Assembly (NCBI GenBank): GCA_039793395.1
Contig: JBAMLV010000022.1
Coordinates: forward strand, 2,897 to 66,896
Origin: a bacterium
GTDB taxonomy: Bacteria > Hydrothermota > Tepidihabitantia > Tepidihabitantales > Tepidihabitantaceae
Length of the DNA stretch: 64,000 nt
Reading direction: 5' to 3'
The notes under the pieces were generated by a model. That model was not told the origin of the DNA. It saw nothing but the letters and a program-made list of their open reading frames with translations, and did no database searches. Made by a program: the position numbers and the translations under genes. Within the stretch, counting starts at the first letter, position 1. Each line of letters starts with the position of its first letter. This document shows, piece after piece, positions 60,176 through 64,000 of this stretch.

Positions 60176-61426
60176 TTACTGCTGCCGGTAGCGCCGGGCT
60201 GCGTCGTTCAATGCCTGGGCCGGGCTTTTTTCGCCGAGGGTTGCCGCTTCCAGTTCCTCGACCAGCGCCTTTCTGCCAGCAAGCCATTTTAAGCCCCGGG
60301 GTTCAAACACACCGTATTCCATCTGCCGGTAGGCGGCAAGCAGACCCGGGGTGGTGGCAAACCGCTCCTTCAGCCTGGGGTCGCTGAGACAGGAGCGGTG
60401 GACAGGCACATACCAGGTTCCGAGTGACCAGCGGACCTGCTGTTCAGGGGCGATGAACCATTTGATAAACCGCCAGGCCGCATCCTTTTCCGCCTTTGAG
60501 GCTTTTTTGAACATCCCGATATTGGTGCCGTAGATAATTGCCGCTGGTCTGCCTTCAACCGGAATTGGCGCCATACCGACCGGAAACTTTTCCTGACCGA
60601 CCACCGGTGCGCGCCAGGTGGAACTGCCGGTGAGGGTGGCAATCCTGCCCGTCAGAAAGTCCTCCATCGGGTTCCGGCCTGAGGCGGTGGTCTGGACGCT
60701 GTCTTTGACAATCAGGTCAACCTGAAATGAGAGTACCTGAACTCCGATCGGATTGTTGAACTCCGGTTCACCATCCTCCTGACTGAGAAATCTGCCCCCG
60801 CGCTGAAAGAGCATTGAGCCAAAAATCCAGATGTCGGTGCCGTTGGCGGTTGCCCAGGTGTGGACAGTGCCGTCCGGATTGCGGCGCACCAGTTTCCGGC
60901 ACATCTGCCGGAATTCGGACCAGGTCCGGGGAAAGGAGTCATAGCCGGCAGTCCGGAGCAGGTCCACATTGTAATAGTAAACCGGTACACTTTTGTTAAA
61001 GGGCAGGGTCAGTATTTTTCCGTCCCAGCGGTTGTTTTCCAGTAGCGCTGGATAGATGTCGGCAAGCTCGGCGCCAGGGATGCTGTCGGGTCCCCGGATA
61101 TAATCTTCCAGGAACTCCAGTTGACCCGCAGTGTATAACTGAGTGGTCCAGTTTTCATACATCTGGGCGATAGTCGGCGGACGCTGGACCGCAACCGCAC
61201 CCAAAAGTTTCTGTGCCAGTGCGTCGTAATTTCCCATCCCCACCAGTTCAATGCTGATGTCCGGGTGCTGCCGTTCAAAATCGGCGACCATTTCCTTAAG
61301 TGTCTTCTGCGCCTCGCCACCCATTGCATGCCAGAACCGGACTTTGACTTTTCGGGCGGAGCGGGAACTGCATGCCGGGGAAAGGACCGAAATTACGAGT
61401 GTAAATATCACCAGCCCGCGGGGCAT
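60176..61426 (-). CDS. ABC transporter extracellular solute-binding lipoprotein (family 1, sugar-type); no permease or ATPase genes adjacent
   Basis: Lipobox VLSPACSS and SBP family-1-like sequence throughout. ATG 61426 is chosen because the ORF-track TTG (61462) is part of a TTGACA -35 hexamer. Confidence 0.8.
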   Translation of the reverse strand: MPRGLVIFTLVISVLSPACSSRSARKVKVRFWHAMGGEAQKTLKEMVADFERQHPDISIELVGMGNYDALAQKLLGAVAVQRPPTIAQMYENWTTQLYTAGQLEFLEDYIRGPDSIPGAELADIYPALLENNRWDGKILTLPFNKSVPVYYYNVDLLRTAGYDSFPRTWSEFRQMCRKLVRRNPDGTVHTWATANGTDIWIFGSMLFQRGGRFLSQEDGEPEFNNPIGVQVLSFQVDLIVKDSVQTTASGRNPMEDFLTGRIATLTGSSTWRAPVVGQEKFPVGMAPIPVEGRPAAIIYGTNIGMFKKASKAEKDAAWRFIKWFIAPEQQVRWSLGTWYVPVHRSCLSDPRLKERFATTPGLLAAYRQMEYGVFEPRGLKWLAGRKALVEELEAATLGEKSPAQALNDAARRYRQQ

Positions 61427-61433
61427 AAAAATT

Positions 61434-61462
61434 ATTTTAATGGTCAAATTCGGTAGTGTCAA
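61434..61462 (-). promoter_or_regulatory. Putative promoter TTGACA-N17-TAAAAT, 7 nt upstream of the SBP ATG
   Basis: Minus-strand read: TTGACA (61462-61457), 17 nt, TAAAAT (61439-61434), AATTTTT, then ATG at 61426. Confidence 0.55.
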
Positions 61463-61481
61463 TTGGCGTTACCGGATTAAT

Positions 61482-61509
61482 TTGACAGTGCGCTGTCGGT
61501 TTTTACAAT
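61482..61509 (+). promoter_or_regulatory. Putative promoter TTGACA-N16-TACAAT upstream of tRNA-Leu
   Basis: TTGACA at 61482-61487 and TACAAT at 61504-61509. The tRNA 5' end is 15 nt downstream of the -10. Confidence 0.55.
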
Positions 61510-61523
61510 TAAATTGATTTTCC

Positions 61524-61605
61524 GCCGGGGTGGTGGAATTGGCAGACACGCATGGTTGAGGGCCATGTGCCTTTTGGCATGCAGGTTCAAATCCTGTCCC
61601 CGGCA
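61524..61605 (+). tRNA. tRNA-Leu (anticodon GAG), class II with a long variable arm; no encoded CCA
   Basis: Hand-folded. Acceptor GCCGGGG/CCCCGGC plus discriminator A. Anticodon stem CATGG/CCATG with loop TTGAGGG. Variable arm TGCC-TTTT-GGCA. T-arm GCAGG-TTCAAAT-CCTGT. Confidence 0.9.
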
Positions 61606-61614
61606 TCTAAGCCG

Positions 61615-62799
61615 ATGCAAAAACCGCGGGCAATAATTGTGGTGCTGGACGGCGTCGGCGCTGGTGAACTGCCCGATGCCGACCGGTTCAATGACCACGG
61701 TTCCAATACATTAGGCAATCTGGCAAAGGCGGTTGGCGGGTTGCACCTGCCGAATCTGGAGCGGCTCGGGCTGGGTAACATCATTGAAATTTCGGGTGTG
61801 CGGGCACAGGGAAAGCCCCGGGCCGCATTCGGCAGGATGGCAGAAAGGTCGGCGGGCAAGGATTCCACCACCGGTCACTGGGAGATTGCTGGTGTCATCA
61901 CCGATGAGCCATTTCCGGTTTTTCCGGACGGATTTCCGCCCGAGATAATCAGCCGGTTTGAGCAACTGATTGGCAGGAAGGTGCTGGGGAATGTTGCCGC
62001 CTCCGGAACCGAAATTATCAACCGGCTCGGTGCCGAGCACTTAAAGACTGGATTCCCAATCGTATATACCTCGGCGGACAGCGTATTTCAGATTGCGGCG
62101 CATATTGATGTCATTCCGGTGGCTGAACTTTACCGGTGGTGTGAAATTGCCCGGCAGTTGTTGACCGGACCACACCGGGTGGCAAGGGTGATTGCCCGGC
62201 CGTTTGCCGGTGTGCCCGGTTCGTTTTATCGGACCGCCCAGCGCCGGGATTTTTCCTGTCCCCCGCCGCAGCCGACCCTGCTTGATAATGTCCGGGCAGC
62301 GCAGCTGGCGGTCATTGCGGTTGGCAAGATTGACGAACTTTTTGCCGGGCAGGGGATTACCCGCAGTTTCCATTCGGTGAAAAATGGAGAGTGTCTGGAG
62401 TTTACCCTTCAGGCACTGAACCAGCCGGAACCGGGACTGCTCTTTGTCAATCTGGTGCAGTTTGATATGGACTGGGGTCATCGCAACGACCCATCGGGGT
62501 TTGCCCGGGGCCTGGAGGAGTTTGACCGGTGGTTGAGCAAAATCATTCCGGCGCTGCAGTCGGATGACATAATGTTCATCACCGCGGACCACGGTTGCGA
62601 CCCGACCACACCGTCAACCGACCATTCCCGCGAATATGTGCCGCTTTTGGTTTACGGTGCCACTGTCAAGCCCGGGGTGAATTTAGGAACCCGGGACAGT
62701 TTCGCTGACCTCGGTCAGACCGTGGCGGAATACCTCGGGGTCAGACCGACGCCGGCGGGCAGCAGTTTTCTGAACTTAATCCGGAAGGAGGGTGATTAA
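61615..62799 (+). CDS. deoB: Phosphopentomutase DeoB
   Basis: IIVVLDGVGAGELPDA and TADHGCDPT motifs. ATG 61615 is chosen because the ORF-track start (61552) lies inside the tRNA. Confidence 0.9.
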   Translation: MQKPRAIIVVLDGVGAGELPDADRFNDHGSNTLGNLAKAVGGLHLPNLERLGLGNIIEISGVRAQGKPRAAFGRMAERSAGKDSTTGHWEIAGVITDEPFPVFPDGFPPEIISRFEQLIGRKVLGNVAASGTEIINRLGAEHLKTGFPIVYTSADSVFQIAAHIDVIPVAELYRWCEIARQLLTGPHRVARVIARPFAGVPGSFYRTAQRRDFSCPPPQPTLLDNVRAAQLAVIAVGKIDELFAGQGITRSFHSVKNGECLEFTLQALNQPEPGLLFVNLVQFDMDWGHRNDPSGFARGLEEFDRWLSKIIPALQSDDIMFITADHGCDPTTPSTDHSREYVPLLVYGATVKPGVNLGTRDSFADLGQTVAEYLGVRPTPAGSSFLNLIRKEGD

Positions 62800-63222
62800 A
62801 TGAACCGTCAGGAGCGGATGCGGCTGCTCAAGGCGGCAAAAAGGGCGCAAGCCCGGGCTTATGCCCCTTATTCCGGTTTCCAGGTCGGAGCGGCGGTCCT
62901 GACCGCCAGGGGCAGAATTTATGCCGGTGCCAATGTGGAAAACAGTTCTTACGGTTTGACCATCTGCGCCGAACGGGTGGCGATTTTTAAGGCGGTCAAT
63001 GCCGGTGAGCGGCAAATCGTTGCCCTGGTCGTTTACACCCAAACCAAAGGGTTCACCCCGGCTTGCGGTGCCTGTCTGCAGGTGCTCAGCGAGTTTGGGA
63101 AAAATCCGGTGGTGGTGCTTGCGGGTCAAAATGGGACCAGGGAGTTCCGGTTGCGGGAACTGCTGCGGTTCGGGTTCCGGCTGGCGCCGGTTCAGCCAAT
63201 CCGTTCCCGCCCGTGCAGATAG
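62800..63222 (+). CDS. cdd: Cytidine deaminase
   Basis: CAERVAI (zinc/catalytic Glu) and PACGACLQVL motifs; 140 aa. The ATG directly follows the deoB stop. Confidence 0.9.
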   Translation: MNRQERMRLLKAAKRAQARAYAPYSGFQVGAAVLTARGRIYAGANVENSSYGLTICAERVAIFKAVNAGERQIVALVVYTQTKGFTPACGACLQVLSEFGKNPVVVLAGQNGTREFRLRELLRFGFRLAPVQPIRSRPCR

Positions 63223-64000
63223 GGACGCAGGACCTCGGGCACAATTACCGAACCGTCCGGTTGCTGGTAGTTTTCAATCAGGGCGATAAAGGTGCGGGGC
63301 AGGGCAAGGGCTGAGCCGTTGAGCGCATGCGGGTAGAAACTGCCGCCTTTTTGGGTCCGGACCCGAATCTTGCCGCGCCGGGTCTGAAAATCCTCGCAGT
63401 TGGAGATTGAGGACACCTCCAGCCATCTGCCCACACCGGCAGCCCAGACCTCAAGGTCATAGGTCTTTGCCGATTGAAAGGCAATATCCCAGGCTGCCAG
63501 TCGTTTCACCCGGTAGGGCAGGCAGAGCAACTGGAGCAGGCTTTCGGCTTCAGCGCGCATCTCCTCCAGGTCCTGATAGGAGCGCTCGGGCCAGGTGAGC
63601 CGGACCAGTTCCACTTTGTCAAACTGGTGAATCCTGATCATCCCGCGCACATCCCGGCCATAGGAGCCGGCTTCCCGGCGGAAACAGGGTGTATAGGCAA
63701 CCAGTTTCACCGGCAGTTCGGTTTCGGCAAGGGTGCTTTCCCGGTAATAGGACACCAGTTGCGGTTCGGCGGTTGGAATTAAAAACAGTTGGTCCTCGGG
63801 AAGAAAATACATTTCCGATTTCAGGTTGGGCAGTTGACCGGCAGCGTGCAGGGTTTCGGCATTGGCAAGCACCGGGGGCGCAATCTCGGTGTAACCGTAT
63901 TTTTGGACCGCGGTATCAAGGAAGAAGTTGATGAGCGCCCGTTCCAGCGCCGCACCCTGTTCCCGGAAGAGCACAAACCTTGAGCCGGCAAGGCGGGCGG
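63192..64000 (-). CDS. serS: Seryl-tRNA synthetase, C-terminal catalytic part; the 5' end lies beyond the window
   Basis: Class II motif 2 FRREAGSYGRDVRGMIRIHQFDKVE. The frame stays open upstream of the ORF-track GTG to base 64000 (…ARLAGSRFVLFREQ). The 3' end overlaps cdd convergently. Confidence 0.9.
   Translation of the reverse strand, partial: ARLAGSRFVLFREQGAALERALINFFLDTAVQKYGYTEIAPPVLANAETLHAAGQLPNLKSEMYFLPEDQLFLIPTAEPQLVSYYRESTLAETELPVKLVAYTPCFRREAGSYGRDVRGMIRIHQFDKVELVRLTWPERSYQDLEEMRAEAESLLQLLCLPYRVKRLAAWDIAFQSAKTYDLEVWAAGVGRWLEVSSISNCEDFQTRRGKIRVRTQKGGSFYPHALNGSALALPRTFIALIENYQQPDGSVIVPEVLRPYLHGRERIG

Noticed and set aside
61552-61614. The deoB start at 61552.
   Set aside because: It lies inside the tRNA-Leu gene. 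The conserved DeoB N-terminus begins at ATG 61615.
1-64000. Mobile elements, prophage, defence islands, rRNA or CRISPR arrays.
   Set aside because: No integrase, transposase, recombinase, phage structural, restriction-modification, toxin-antitoxin or cas-like proteins are recognisable in the six-frame translations. The only repeats are the short ones reported above.

Overview
This is a chromosomal window from a GC-rich diderm bacterium, with Omp85-type and other outer-membrane beta-barrel genes present. I cannot place the lineage from sequence alone. Left third: the tail of a 2-oxoacid:ferredoxin oxidoreductase operon, then an AT-rich promoter island carrying MraZ-type GTGG/TGGG repeats. It is followed by a compact dcw cluster, mraZ-rsmH-ftsL-ftsI-murE-mraY-murD-ftsW-murG-murC-murB-ftsA-ftsZ, with no murF, ddl or ftsQ in their usual slots. 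Next come purF, a translationally coupled lexA/Y-family polymerase operon with a GAAC-N4-GTTC SOS box inside a consensus promoter, and a radical-SAM gene. After those are a PlpD-like patatin-POTRA-Omp85 protein, queG-like plus mnmG, three consecutive outer-membrane beta-barrel genes (one with ComEA-like HhH modules), a cluster of short interspersed repeats, a secreted 5'-nucleotidase, recJ and rlmI. The centre (34.4-47.4 kb) is the most unusual part. It is a nine-gene Hdr-type cluster: hdrC, hdrB, hdrA, a 1494-aa HdrA/GltD/HdrA fusion, mvhD, an Fe-S protein, a tandem HdrC-like protein and a 1007-aa HdrA-HdrA fusion. No hydrogenase, formate dehydrogenase, MetFV or Flx partner is adjacent. Right third: archease, nifS, lspA, a Zn-ribbon protein, a Na/Pi symporter, a 460-bp ORF-free region with a minus-strand intrinsic terminator (candidate sRNA), secreted proteins, ileS, a dksA-like gene, truA, an orphan solute-binding lipoprotein, tRNA-Leu(GAG), deoB, cdd and the 3' part of serS. 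I saw no rRNA, CRISPR array, transposase, integrase or recognisable phage or defence genes. A recurrent geometry, TTGACA-N17-TAAAAT/TATAAT-N6-7-start codon, at several operon-leading genes suggests frequent leaderless transcripts. It also corrects several ORF-track start sites. All promoter, operator and ncRNA calls are sequence-pattern predictions only.
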